From contig JAGIQG010000007.1 of assembly GCA_024679065.1 (NCBI GenBank), forward strand, positions 77,004,001 to 77,068,000: DNA of 64,000 nucleotides, read 5' to 3'. Positions 1-12,779 of the stretch are shown here, piece by piece (positions within the stretch are counted from its first letter, which is position 1; each line of letters opens with the position of its first letter). A model generated the notes under the pieces. That model had not been told where the DNA came from, ran no database searches, and saw only the letters and a list, made by a program, of their open reading frames with translations. The stretch is from Sphyrna mokarran (Eukaryota). The translations under genes were made by a program, and so were the position numbers.

Positions 1-1492
1 GCTGCTGGCTTCGTGGACCTTCCTGTATCCCCATCTCAGATCAGTATTGCATCTGGGCAGTACAGGGGTCTCCTTTCCCTGCACCCATCACTTCTTCCTC
101 CTGGTGCGACACACCACTGTCTATCTGGGCAGCATTGCTGCTGGACCCATGGACCCTCCTGTAGAACAAAAGGTGTAATGTGGAAGGGAGTCTGTACCAG
201 GTAGGCGGGATGGGAGAAAGTTGAGGGCTCACAATGGTAGGCAGAGGGACAAACAATGGAAGGCAGAGAGAAAACTAAGCAGGGGAGGGAATCTGGATCC
301 CAACAGGTTCACAAAAACAGGATCAATGTTATTTACTGGAAAGACTCCAGATGCAGTGGGTCATGGTCCAAACAAGGCATAGGGCTTCAAAGGTGATGGG
401 CTCGAAGGGAGGGTAGTTTGAATCAAAAAACAGGCATCCTTTTGAGATTGTTAGCCTTTTTCTTCTGGATTGTTATCACGTTGCATGGTCTGGTGACGAA
501 CGGTGGGCTAGAGAGATTGGTACAAGTGTAGTGGACTGGTGCTTAAATATAGTGCTGGGATCTTTCATCCTACCAGCTGATAAATAGATGAATCAGCTGC
601 CAGCCCACCTGCAGGTTCGGAAGGAACGTGCTTGGTCATAATTAATGAGGTTCCAAAAGCAGAATCTGGCATGGGAATGGAGCCACTAGATTAACCCAGC
701 CGGTACCACATTTGGCCTCAAAATGGAGAGTTCTGCCCATCATTGGAGCACCTCCAGTGACCAGAAGTTCATTTGTTTGTTTTGGGTGAACTAAAATAGA
801 ACTAAACAATATGAAAAATCTGCCTGCAATTTCAAATGTTGTCTGTTATATTTGCCAATAAGTAGTCATGTGGTCCAAATAGTTACAAAACCCAATTTCG
901 GATTTATTTGGCAAAAGCGGATTTCGCTCAGATTGAATCAATTTGAAGCTTGGACAACAGACAGTGGCCAGATCTTGCCAGGACAAATTTGCATGTTGAA
1001 ACGCAGGTGATGAGATTCCAAAATAGCCTCAAATAGAGAAAATTAATAAAGGAATGTAAGAAATATTCAGGCCAAACTGCTGTTCACCCAGATGTTACTA
1101 TTTCTCTTCTCATCCATTGCAGTCTACAAACAGGTTAACTCAGAAGTCGCCAAATAGATTGTAATTGGCAAGATTTGGATTTTTTTAAAAAGATTTAAAT
1201 ATTTAATTAGGATTAAATTTATGCATGGAAGTAGAAAGCATTGATTATGTTTAGCGAGTTAGCTATTGGCCATTTACATCACTTATTATTGTATAGTGAA
1301 TGAACTTACTTTCCTGTTGCACTTAGCTGTTTAATCTACCTGCAGCTACACTCTGAAAAAGATGTCTTTAAATAACTTCTCATATATGCCAGTTAAATAT
1401 CTTGCAAGGCAGCTTATCAGCAGTTTCATTGTGACATTAATATGAGAAAATTTAGGATGATAACTTGTTGAGTAACTATCTAATTTTAAATA

Positions 1493-1754
1493 GTTTAAAT
1501 TTATTTATTAATGTCACAAGTAGGCTTACATTAACTCTGCCACACTTCAGCACCTACATTTAGGGAGAATTTAGCATGGCTAATGCACCTAACCAGCACA
1601 TTTTTTGAATTGTGGGAGGAAACCGGAGCACCCAGAGGAAACCCTGCAGAGAGAGGGAGAACATGCAGACTTCACACAAACGGTGACAAAAGTCAGGAAT
1701 CAATCTGAGTCTCCAGCACTGTGAGGCAGCAGTGTTAACCATTGTGCTGTCCAT
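1493..1754 (-). mobile_element. tRNA-derived V-SINE (HE1-like), tail type ending gcctacttgtgac..taataaataaa
   Basis: Reverse complement shows the tRNA-like head ggttaacactgctgcctcacag, the V-domain gggtttcctctgggtgctccggtttcctcccaca, and the same tail as the 9805 and 43506 copies. Confidence 0.88.
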
Positions 1755-2339
1755 ATTGATTTATTAATTTTGTCCAGTGAATAGTTGAGCCTTACAAACT
1801 CAAAGTCTCAGATCATGCTGGTCTGATTGAACCTAACTGGGGTTTTTTGCCTCAGTAACCCAATGTCTAAGAGGGCCCTGCCTTCAGCATTCACTATCAC
1901 AGCTTTGCAGTGAATGCTTGTAATAGTCAATGAAGACAGGATCAAGTGTGGCTGCAATGTGGAAGTGGTAGGATAGAAGCCAACACTAACTATAAAGGCT
2001 TTGCTTCAGCCTGGCAGAAATGAAAAAGCTAACAAGGGGTCTGCCCTTATTTGTACCCAGTAAGGAATGTGATGGGTGAATTGTTGTGGGCAAAGAGTCT
2101 TCTTGGTTAAAGAACAGTATCTGGTTAGGTAAATGTGCCGGGTACAAAGATGTGACCGTATTTGACAATAATCACAAAGTAATTGTAAACACGTCAACTT
2201 AATGAGAATGAAAAACAAATTCTCAAAGTTTATATATGAATGTAGGAGTTGAAATAAAGCTTAGCTGAAGGGGGAAGTTATAATCTAAGTATTTCAGGAA
2301 GTTGTTTCAACAGTGAAGTATGTTGGGTAATTGTAAAAG

Positions 2340-2555
2340 CGTACAGAATCACAGAATTGTTGGAGTGCAGAAGGCGATCATTCAGCCCATCTTGTCCACA
2401 CCAGCTGTCTGAATGAGCAATTCACTTAGTGCTAGTGTGCCAGGTTTTCCCTGTGTAACCCTATAAATACTTCCTTTTCAGATCAGAATCTAATTCCCTT
2501 TTCAATGTTTTTGGTTGAACCTGTCTCGACCATACTCTCGGGCAGTGTACCTTAA
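2340..2555 (-). mobile_element. CR1 LINE 3' end fragment
   Basis: acagaatcacagaat tail repeat, then gcagaagg..cattcagcccat, typical of reverse-complemented CR1 3' UTRs. Confidence 0.7.
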
Positions 2556-2559
2556 GTGT

Positions 2560-4750
2560 TACTTGATATAATTTGGAAGAAAAACAAACTGGGGGAGTGC
2601 ACTCTTACACAATAGAGAACGAGATCAAAATGGACAATGACATATCTAGTCTGGTAAAAGAAAATTAGGTGGGAAACTTGAGCAGAGGAAAGAGAGAAAT
2701 GAGGAGACATTAATCTACTATTGGAGGCTACTGTAGCTAGCCAAGTCTGGATGAAGAATTGGACCAAGGCCCTTCCTGTTAAATAAGAGAAGTATGTACA
2801 GAAATTGTGAATAATTTAAATATGTCAGGATTGCATTGGAAAATTCATTATTATGCAATAGAAGTGAAGTCAGATTCTGGGGACAAAAGTGAATTGTCAG
2901 ATGGAATAATTTGTTTTTTTGAAAAGAGCTCACATGAGTAAGAATATTATTTCATCTTACAGTTAACAACTAGACAATGATAGAGTAAGTCAGAGTCAAA
3001 GAATCCCTTGGCAATGGTGACCATTATAAGGTGCAATCTTAGGTCATGCCTTTGATGGAAAACAGAATAGCAATAGATATCTTCACATTTGGAAAAGCAG
3101 ATTAACAGAAAGGGCTCAAGAAACAGGAATAGAGTGTGTTATTTAAAAAAAATACAGAAGGAAAGTGGCACAAAATACCATAGGGTAAAAACTGATAAAT
3201 GTCAGAGAGGAAGAAAGATAACAGGAAAAAGACAAGTGTGAAAAACAGACCAGAAAAAAATAGTTTAAAAATATTGCTCTTTAAAGCTATAAAATTATGG
3301 GTAACATAGTGAGGCATTTAGACAAAATAAAAATAAAGTAAAAGAAGTGACCAAACTATTCAAGAGAGCTAAATTAAGAAATCAAGTTGAGAAAGCAGAG
3401 AATAGTAAAATATATATACGTTAGCATATAAAGAAAGGTAGAGTGAGACATTAAAAAATATGAGACGCAATTTTCTCTGCCGATTGCGCCATACTCCCCC
3501 TGCAGCGAGATCAGAGAATTTGGCAGCCAAGGAAATCTCCATTCACTGTGATGAGATGGGAAAATCCTGCCGGCATGAACAATGGTGAGATTTCAGCCAT
3601 GATGTCAACTGACTAAGGGACAGTGGAAACACTATGTTTTTCCTTCGTATTTATGAAGGTAGTGATAGCCTGTGACGCCGTAAAATAGGAGGTTTTTTTT
3701 TGTGCAACGGCAAGAAGGAAGAGTTCTTCAAATCAGGGAGTCACTTGTATGCTGAGGAAGTTCAAAGACAAAGCCTCAGGCCTGCTGAACTTCACTTATT
3801 AAAGAAGTGGCAAAACTCAAACATTTCTATTGCATCGTGCCCTTATGGGTGTCACCCTGCAGTTACTACAGCCTGCTGTTTACCCTTAAAGTCTAAGCAG
3901 CTATTCTCCTTTTGCAGCACTGGACCTAGTATTGGTTGTAGACCCTACAGCTGCTACCCTATGGTGCATCTCCAGCCAGGGTGTCTTGGTAAGGCACTGC
4001 TGAAAAAAAACCAGAACGTCCCGCTGCTCCTATGCAACCTGGAGGAGAACCAACAGTGAGGCATCATCAAATTGTGGGATCACTCATTGTCTGCCTTCGA
4101 AATAGTGACTATCCATTTGAGATAAAAACTAAAAAGAAGCAGAAACAATCAAAGGTAGAAGTACTTGACAGGAAAAAAGACAACTTCAATAAGATAAAAA
4201 GGAAAAAACTTTCCTCAAATAAAACTAGAAAGGAAAAATGATTTAAAAAATCCATGAAATAAAGGGAAGCACTGAGATGAGGGCTTATTAGGATACAGAG
4301 CAGACATATCCTGACAAGATGGTTCATCAAAAACTGGAGTTTATTAAATGAGTAGTGAAATGAATAATAAGACATATAAAGAGAGGCATATGACAAACAT
4401 AAGGACTAATAATGGAAAAGGAAATTGAGATAAATATAGAAAATATAAAAAGGAAGCAAAAAAGGAAATTAGAAAGGCCAAGGGAGGGATATGACTAACG
4501 CCAGCTATGTAACATCAGGGGAAATGGTAAAGGATTTTATAAATAGATAAAAAGAAACAAAATAAAGATTAGGGCAAATTGAGATGAAAAAGGAAATCTA
4601 CTGGCGGATGAAGGAATGCTGCAGACACAAAGTTGCTATCGTATTCACAGGAGAGTGTGGGGGTAGGAATGGAAGGATACAAGTAATGGTGTTGTCGAAA
4701 TTAGCTAAATGGAGGATGATCCAGAGCAAGACGGCGGGTAGAAGCCCTCA
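2560..4750 (+). mobile_element. Highly decayed CR1-like LINE ORF2 remnants, interrupted by smaller elements
   Basis: Strongly A/purine-skewed sequence. The stretch gaatcccttggcaatggtgaccat reads EPLGNxDH-like (endonuclease C-terminus). No intact ORF. Confidence 0.5.
3462..3598. mobile_element. Short non-autonomous TIR element (MITE-like)
   Basis: Shares ccattcactg..gatgggaaaatcctgc with 44085-44169 and has inverted aattttc/gagattt ends. Confidence 0.6.
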
Positions 4751-5030
4751 AAATGAGTGTCAACAGTGCAGTAAATGTTAGTTTTCACTGCACATACAGT
4801 AAGCTGTCAGAGTCTGTTGTGACATATAGTGAACAAACTGTAATATTGCATGGGAGCTCTAATCAACACATTACAAAGTCTCAGTATAAACCCTCTAATC
4901 TTCTATTTTGCTGCACTGGCCAACACACACAACTGCTTTTAACATTATTCCAACTTTGGTGCCAAGGTTATTATTGCCCATGTCTTTCTATGTTTCTCTA
5001 CGCCAATTCTAGCCTTTTCATTGATAATAT

Positions 5031-5626
5031 GGGTGGAATTTAGTGTGGCCCTCAGGACCAGTTGGGAAGTGGGAGAAGCCAGAGAACTGGGAGGGAAGGG
5101 AATGGACTGCAGAGGATAATCGAGGTGGACAGGGAGGACTTCCCACTCTGAGGCTAATTGAGGTCTTTAAATGATTAATTACCTTTAATTGATCATTTAA
5201 GGATCTCTTTCTATTGCTGCTAGGATTTTGTCTGTGGCAGGAGGCCCAACGCGGACAGGAAGATGAGCCAGTACAAGCTGGTGGCCTATACACAGGTGGG
5301 GGGAGGGGTGAGTGGGAGATTGAGTAAGTCAGAATTGGGTACCCCTTTAGATTGGGTACCCCCTGGTGTAAGAAGGGCCTCCTCAGTAACCACTGGAGAC
5401 ACATACACACACCCCCATGGGGGCCTGCCTGGCAACCGCTTGTTCCACTTATCTTTGTTCCAAGCTGGCAACACGTGATGATGTAGGCCAGGTGCAGTCC
5501 AAGCATTGGCCACTACTAGCAGGACTGAAAAGCTGCCAATCCATTGATTGATGGACAGCTCTTGGAGGCAGGAATAGTAGACCTAGAGCCAGGCAGTTAA
5601 TGACCTGATTGACACAGAATCTGGCC
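5031..5626. mobile_element. Non-autonomous DNA transposon-like element with GGGTGGAATT...GAATCTGGCC ends
   Basis: GC-richer block bounded by imperfect inverted termini like those of other elements in the window. Confidence 0.5.
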
Positions 5627-7002
5627 GAGATGGGGTTGTGTCCAGCCTTCTGACTGGCTGTGAGACAGAATGCAGTCCCTATATCCCACTTGTTTTGTCC
5701 AATAATTCACAGATGACAGTATTAAGTTTCATTTGCCGTGTGTCTGCCTAATTGCATAAATGATTAATATCCTCCAGCAAATGAGTTATGGAATCCTCTG
5801 GCTCTGCTGCTTTTCCTAGTTTTGTGACATTACCACTTTTCCCAGTGCTGCTGAATTGGATACATTCCCAACAGCCTAACATCCACAATTCCTCCCTGAT
5901 TCAAGCTAAATCTAATATACGGCAATTAGGCTCATACCAAGTGAGAAATATTTGGATATGTATGCAAATCTAAATGTATCAAAGACTAATTTATATATTT
6001 CAAATTTAATGAAAAATGTACATTTTCTGCGTACAGTGTTCTGTTGTCATTATCTCATGTTTGCACTCACAATGGAAAACTCCATGCAATATGTCAATGC
6101 TTCATGTAAAAGCCAAACCCTATAGTAGAACTTTTGCCCTCGTGGAGGCAGCCAGGTGCATAATGCCACCAGCCAACATGCCATTTTATTATCACTAGCC
6201 CACTCCCAACCATTTTTCTGGAAGCCCGATCAAGGATAGGTAACTTGTTTAGTGAATTGAAAAGCCAATTAAGGTCAATAGTCTGAAAAGCTGAATGGAA
6301 GTTTCCAGTCTGTGGTACCTTCTTGGGTATTGGCAGTGCAGCAGCTGGCTGGAGCAGACTCTTAGCTTCAGTTTAGGGAATCAACATTCCAGGAAGATTT
6401 TGAGCCCCCTCTGCCACCAATCTGTTTGTTTGTATTTGTTGCCACAGGCTGCCCTGTAGAAGGATTTCTCCTCTATGATGGTGGTCCAAAGCTTTGGCCA
6501 TTTTATATTTTAATTTTTTTAAGTTGCTGAGAGGGCACACCAAGATGGTGTGGCATTTTTTCTCTCATTTATCTGCAGTGACAGGCTCCAGTTCATTCCT
6601 TGCCCTCCTATTGGCCCTCCAGCTTTGACAGCTGATGTACGATTCTCAGTTGGAAGGTGAGTATGCCCTCTGACTACTAATTGACTAATTCAAGCAGAAC
6701 TGTATTTAGGAGATTACTCCTGATGTACTATGGGGTTAGGACCCATATCTGACATTGTTCGGGTCCCAATCCAAATAGATGCTCCTGTTCTATATCAACA
6801 AAGTATGTCTGTCACAGAATGATTGCAGACCTTCTGAGAGTAGATGGTGATGATCACTTCATTGATCACACTACAATGTGGTGTTAAGATGCCAGTACTT
6901 TGTTTTATCCATACAATATAGAGACTGTTGGATTAATTTCCTTGCTGCAAACTCTACCGTGGGCCAGGAGCAAACTCAGTTCCACTTTCTCCTTGCATAA
7001 GA

Positions 7003-7080
7003 TAAAAACAGAAAATGCAGGAAAAACTCAGCAAGTTTAGCACCTTGTGAAGAAAGAAACCAAGTTAATGTTTCGAGTGG
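7003..7080 (-). mobile_element. Penelope-like terminal repeat fragment
   Basis: aaaaacagaaaatgcaggaaaaactcagcaag..agttaatgtttcg resembles the copies at 33505 and 63415. Confidence 0.6.
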
Positions 7081-7956
7081 AATACGTACCTTTGTTGATT
7101 TGATTTGATTTATGTTGTCACATGTATTAATACACAGAGAAAGGTATTGTTTCTTGTGGGCTCTACGTTCAAAGCATATCATTCATAAGAGAAGGAAAGG
7201 AGGTAGTACAGAAAGTAGCATTACAGTCATAGCTAGGTTATAGAAAAAAATCAACTTAACGCGTTGGAACAACTTCTTCCCCGTTCTCATTTGTAACTGA
7301 CTGAGACTCAGGCTGAGAAACCTATTCTAACTCTAACTCTGCCCCAGGCCTGATTTAAACTTTGACCCATTGGTCTTAATTTAATTTAAACTTTTCTTCC
7401 ATGTAATCCTCAATGTCATTTCTCTGACACTTGAAAAAACAACTTTAATTTATTAATTTGCCACTGCTGTTACATTGCTTTCCCAAATTCAATTTGTCTT
7501 CAGTTACCAACTTGTTTCTCAATTCCTGCTTTAAGTCCTTCTTTTTCAAACTTATCACTCCGTGCCTTTCCTGTCCATCCCGGAAATCACTCTTTAATCT
7601 CCATTTCTGCTCAAGAATCTGTCACCCACCATCACCAAGTCCCAAAAAATAAGGCTGAAAACAGCAGAATATTACAGAAGTGAGAGACAGATGAAAGGGA
7701 ACAATGATGGAGAGAAACAAAAGAGAACAAAGGAAAAGGAACATTTGAAAAAGACAGAAGTAGTAACACAAAGATTAGACAAGAAGAGAAAATGTGTACC
7801 ATCCGATTTTCAGTGAAGCTCTTAGAAAATCTAGTAATATAATATATAATTATTAGAATAAAACATGAGACAAATGCCAAAAATCTCTATCCTCATCGTG
7901 GCCGCATTCTCTGGTGCCATTGAAAGTGAATGGAAACTAAAAGTGGCAACACCAAG

Positions 7957-8140
7957 AGGCAAATTTTCTCACTCAGTCCATCGTGGGAATTATAGCAGGC
8001 GAGGGCGGACCATGGAAAGGTCCGTTGACCTTGGATGTGAGTCCCCAGTTTTGCAGCGAGCACAGCTCAAAAATCCCACCCCAAGTTCTATGTCGCACTT
8101 GTAGTGAGGTAGCCATAGATAAAATCAGAGAATCCCGCCC
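7957..8140. mobile_element. MITE-like TIR element, same family as the 9338 and 9527 copies
   Basis: Shared core ggaatYatagcaggc..ggaccat..aaaggtccgttgacct; ends aaaatcccaccc and gaatcccgccc. Confidence 0.7.
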
Positions 8141-9094
8141 TTTTGAAATAGCAAGATAATTACGAAACCTTGCAATTATAAGCAAGTGATTCCAATGCAG
8201 TGATTACCAAGGAGCCTGCTGCACTAATATCACAATCCTTACTAAATTTATCTTAATAATTAGTTTATTTCTGCCATGAAGCAAACCATCAAAGTTAGTG
8301 TATTGACCGTTTTACTTATAGTTTATTAGTCTTGTAAAATGGATCATATATCTCGACGTACGCATTTTTTTTCCTGTTTTCTCTGTAAATGAATTTGTGA
8401 TTATGAGCAATTCACGATCCAACATTCTATATTAAGGTTAACAAAGGAGTAGCTGAATAATACATGGTATCCCAGATAGGATGGAACCCCTTACATTTGC
8501 CATTGCAGAGGATTATATTAGTAGTTGTACATGAATATCCAGCTGCAAAATCATGAAGAACGACCCTAAGTCAAAAAGGAATGTATATTACCAATACAGA
8601 ACTGAAATTTTGATTTTAAAACAATAAAAGGTCTGGCTTGCTTTGGAGAGTTTTTTATTAAAAAGGAATCTGCTGCTGTAGATTTACGTCATTAAATTCT
8701 AATCTTGGTGGAATATACTTACCCATCTATAACATACATAATCATCCCCTTTACTTTAAGACAATCCTTCTGTTGTCTTGAATGCACTAATGCACAACAT
8801 AAGGATGAGAAATAGGCAAATGCAAAAGCAGTTTATTAGGGTACTATACAGATAAGTCGTTTCATCAGGGAAATAGAAGAACTGATAATTGTCTACACAT
8901 GCCATTAGAATTTGTCTTTGTTGGAATCAACCATAATTGAATGCTGTTGTGGCATTGTAGTTTACGGACTTGCTTCTTACAGTTACAGTTACAGTCACAA
9001 GTCTTACTTTGATAATGGAATTAAATCAGCTAATAGGCAAGAATACAGACTCAAAATGTATGAGTGTCTGCTTTACCAAGCTTTCTTCAAAAAA

Positions 9095-9325
9095 TAAGAA
9101 CATAAGAACCAGGAGTAGGAGTCGGCCATCTGGCCCCTCAAGCCTGCTCTGCCATTCAATAAAATCATGGCTGATCTTTTCATGGACTCAGCTCCACTTA
9201 CCCGCCCATTCACCATAACCCTTAATTCCTTTACTGTTCAAACATTTATCTATCCTTGCCTTAAAAACATTCAGTAAAGTAGTCTCAACTGCCTCACTGG
9301 GCAGGGAATTCCACAGATTCATAAT
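9095..9325 (-). mobile_element. CR1 LINE 3' end (relatively well preserved)
   Basis: taagaacataagaa..ggagtcggccat..gcctgctctgccattcaat..atcatggctgatc, a typical vertebrate CR1 3' UTR in reverse. Confidence 0.85.
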
Positions 9326-9337
9326 GTAAACTCTCTG

Positions 9338-9650
9338 ACTGAAATTTTCCCAACCTGCCCGCCACAGGAATCATAGCTGGCGGGACACGGACTATATAAA
9401 GTTCCGTTGACCTCGAGCAGGATTTTCCAGTCTTTAGGTGAATGCAGCAGGAAAATCCCGTCCTCTGTGTTTAAAGTCTGATAAGAAGACAATAGGTAAC
9501 TGGAATAGTATTGTGTAAAAATGTTGACCAGAATTTTTCTGTCCCACACACCACAGGAATCATAGCAGGGGCGGTTCGACCATACAAAGGTCAATTGATC
9601 TTGAGTGGGATTTTCCATTTTGGGGCAAGCATGACTGGAAAATCCCACCC
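9338..9650. mobile_element. Two direct copies of a ~125-bp MITE-like element (9338-9462, 9527-9650)
   Basis: Both read gaaWttttc..ccacaggaatcatagc..ttgaYct..ggattttcca..ggaaaatccc. Confidence 0.75.
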
Positions 9651-9804
9651 ATTGAACCAATCAGAGAATGATCTTTTGGATAATTGATATAACACAGGCA
9701 GATAAGAGTTTGGGTTGTCTTCCATCATCCTCTAGGGTAAAGATCTCAGTCAAAGAGGAAAGAGTAGTCTGAAATGTAGTATTTCTTCCACCTCTCCTTC
9801 AAAA

Positions 9805-10091
9805 GGGAGTGGCACAGTGGTTAGCACTGCTGCCTCACAGCGCCATGGTCCCAGGTTTGATTCCCAGCTTAGTCACTGTCTGTGTGGAGTTTGTTCTTTC
9901 TCTCTGTGTCTGTGTGGGTTTCCACTGAATGCTCTGGTTTTCTCCCACAGTGCAAGGATGTGCAGATTTGATGCATTGACCATGCTAAATTTTCTCTTAG
10001 TGCATCCGAACAGGTGCCAGAGAATGACAACTAGGGATTTTCACAGTAACTTAATTGCAGTGTTAATGTCAGCCCACTTGTGATTAATAAA
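9805..10091 (+). mobile_element. V-SINE (HE1-like)
   Basis: gtggcacagtggttagcactgctgcctcacag head, V-domain, and tail cacagtaact..ttgcagtgttaatg..cttgtga. Confidence 0.9.
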
Positions 10092-10349
10092 TGTAGTTTG
10101 AAAGAGAGAAAAATTAGTGAGTGATTAAGTCTTGCCATTCTTTTGCACCCCTTAAATGCAATTTGTGGCAACATTGGCAAAAAAATCAGGAATGAAGAAG
10201 AAAACAAAAGTTCAAAAAATGATCTGAAAACAAATTGAAACTAGTAAGGGTGCTGGAACAAGGCACTAGGATGAAATTCAGGAAGGAGCACAAGGCAAGT
10301 CCCTATCAACAGATAAAAGTTAAGGCTACTGAGTTCAGAAATTCAGGTA

Positions 10350-10750
10350 AGGAAATTTGTGGGGCCTCTTATACAAGTGGAATGTAGCAGTATGAATATG
10401 AAGTTGGTTAATGAACAGGAAACAAAATTAAGATAAATGGGTATTGAACAGATTGGAAAAAGGTGCACGAGTGTACCCCAGGGGTCAGTACTAAGCCCAC
10501 TTTTCTTGGTTTAAATAAATGGTTTGGATTTTTATATACAGAGCACAATTTTGAAATTTACTTCCATACATGCAAAATATAATATTCATTATTCCTCCCA
10601 CATGCCATGCATAAATTATTAGGAGTACAAAAAGCCTGATTTGAAATGTAAAGAGTGAGCTGTAAGAAAAACTAGAGAAGCTTCAACTTTACTTTGTAGA
10701 AAAAAGGCAACTAAATAGGACTTAGTCAAGCTATATAAAATATTAAGTGA
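10350..10750 (+). mobile_element. Decayed CR1 reverse-transcriptase fragment
   Basis: gtgtaccccaggggtcagtactaagcccact encodes V-P-Q-G-S-V-L-x-P, the CR1 RT motif. Confidence 0.7.
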
Positions 10751-10754
10751 ACCA

Positions 10755-11170
10755 TGGCTCAGTGAGGGCCACTCTCCCCTCTTGAGTCACGAGGTTCCAG
10801 TTTCAAAGGCCATGCCAGGACATGAGTACCCAAAGCAAGATTGACAATCCAGTGCAGTACTGAAAGAGTGCTGCATTGTCAGAATTGCTGTCTTTTGGAC
10901 AGGATGTTAACTTGAAGCTCCAACTCTCTATTTAGGTAGATGTAAAAGACTGTGTGGCACTATTCTGAAGAAGAGTAGGAGAGTTATTCCCAGAAGTCCT
11001 GGTCAATCTTTATCCATCAATGAACATCATCAAGCTATATTAACTGGATATCATCACATTGCCATTTTGTGAGAGTTTGCTGTGTAAAGCATTGATTACA
11101 TCTTAAAAAGTACTTTTTTGACTGTGAATTGGTTGTGAAATTGCTATATAAATGCAGGTCTTTTTCTTTT
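10755..11170 (+). mobile_element. Deu-domain SINE (SacSINE1/AmnSINE1-related), near full length
   Basis: tRNA-like head (ggctcagtg), Deu-like core cagtgcagtactga..gtgctgcattgtc..gtaaaaga..tggcactatt..gaagaagag, and tail gctatataaatgcaggtcttttt. Confidence 0.8.
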
Positions 11171-11218
11171 AATGAGATAAGCCCTAAATATTATTTTATA
11201 ATTAGCAATAAAGTAATC

Positions 11219-11725
11219 TGTGGTGGCACGGTTCTTTTAAGAGGGTGATCCCTGAGGGCCATATGATCAGGCTGGACCCCTTGAGAACCAACATGGGTAG
11301 CCAATCCAATCGGGGACAAGGACATTTGTCCTCTGCCAGGGAGCAGGCGAGTATTTTAGTTCTGTCAGACCATTGCTTGTATCTATATATTAACTTTTGT
11401 TGATAATAAGCTCTTTTTACCTTGAAGTCACAATGTGTTATAGAATCATAGAATCCCTACAATGCAGAAGGAGGCCATTCAGTCCATCGAGTCTGTACCA
11501 ACAATAATCCCTCCCAGGCCTTATACCCGTAACGCCATATATTTACCCTGCTAATCCCCCCTGACACTAATGGGCAAATTAGCATGGCCAGAGCATCACA
11601 CAGACACAGGGAGAATGTGCAAAATCCACACAGTTGTGAGAGGCCGGAATTAAACCCAGATCCCTAGCTCTGTCAGGCAGCAGTTCTAACCAATGTGCTA
11701 CCATGCCACCTTCAAAGTTATTACA
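11219..11725 (+). mobile_element. Probable solo LTR (TG...CA) with near-identical 5-bp target-site duplication; carries a V-SINE insertion
   Basis: taatc|TGTGG ... TTACA|taacc, with an AATAAA-like gataataag near the 3' end. Confidence 0.55.
11439..11710 (-). mobile_element. V-SINE (HE1-like) with CR1/HER1-type tail
   Basis: tagaatcatagaatccctacaatgcagaaggaggccattc tail and reverse head gcagcagttctaaccaatgtgc. Confidence 0.9.
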
Positions 11726-11754
11726 TAACCTAAAAAAAATCATCTTGATACTCT

Positions 11755-12641
11755 GGGCCCGATGTTACCATTTTCATTCGAAGTGCTGAATCTGGGTGCA
11801 ATTCAGATCCGACTTAGAAAACTGCTGTCAGACACCTTCTTAGCACTTAGCCTTGAAAAGAAATCATGGGTCTAAATCACACTGCGGATGGGACTTAGTG
11901 AACCTGAAAGGACTGGAACTCTGAACTGTGCTTGTGTAGTTAGAAAAAAATTTGAAAAAACACACCCGTGTGATATAACTCCCGGGCCACAGAAAGTAGA
12001 TAAAGTGGGAGCAATAGTTCCCACAGACATTGCCCCACCTCCACAACATTACTCTCCCTGTTATCCAACCCCCCCTTACCCAGACTGGGTGTGACCCCCC
12101 CGCCCGCCAACAAGTTACCCCCAGCCCTCCTTGGAATCCATCTGGCCTCCATCCCTCCACCCCCTCTCCTCACAAACCAGAGAACAATCTGGCTTCATTA
12201 CCTCCCATACTCCCACCCCAACCCCTCTCCCCCTCAGAGAATGATGTGGCCTCCCTCCTGTCCCCACTCACCCCCAACCCAGAAGTGCATCTGACTCAGA
12301 TCCCTCTCCACCACCGATCTGAGTCAGGGAGTCATTGGAAGCTCTGAACTTAACTTCTTCAACAGACTTTTCTCTAGCGTGTCCATTTCGGCCCAATTCC
12401 AGATTGGCGCACGGGTTGGTATAGGGGGAAATGCTGATAAAGTTGGACGGGCAGTTCATTAATTCAACTTAAATGCATGCATTTAAATCACCGTTGCACC
12501 CATTTCGGGTGCAAATCTGATCATGGCCAATCTTGGACCTCAGTAAAGTGCCCATCTGCGCAGACGCAAATCACATTAATGACCTCACACCCAACTTTAC
12601 CACGTTTTCGTGTCTGAAAATGGGCGCAACAAATCAGGTCC
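11755..12641. mobile_element. Non-autonomous TIR DNA transposon-like element
   Basis: Left end gggcccgatgtt and right end aaatcaggtcc (imperfect inversion); CpG-containing interior with a C-rich low-complexity centre. Confidence 0.55.
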
Positions 12642-12779
12642 ACAGATTTATTTGATGGCAGTTACAAATGCACTGACAAAAAAAAAATTAGTAAGGAATG
12701 AATTGATATTGAAAATTATCCCGCTATTCAGAGTTACAAGTACTGGGGAAATCTGCTGGGCAATGGAAACACTGATCTT

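Noticed and set aside
5018-5506. 162-aa minus-strand ORF and overlapping small ORFs
   Set aside because: They lie within a GC-richer non-autonomous repeat and show no transposase motif.
9338-9650. Repeat-spacer-repeat arrangement (CRISPR-like)
   Set aside because: Only two ~125-bp diverged MITE copies in a vertebrate intron, with no cas genes.
9805-9880. tRNA-like sequences at SINE heads
   Set aside because: They are box A/B heads of V-SINEs and do not form complete cloverleaves; not tRNA genes.
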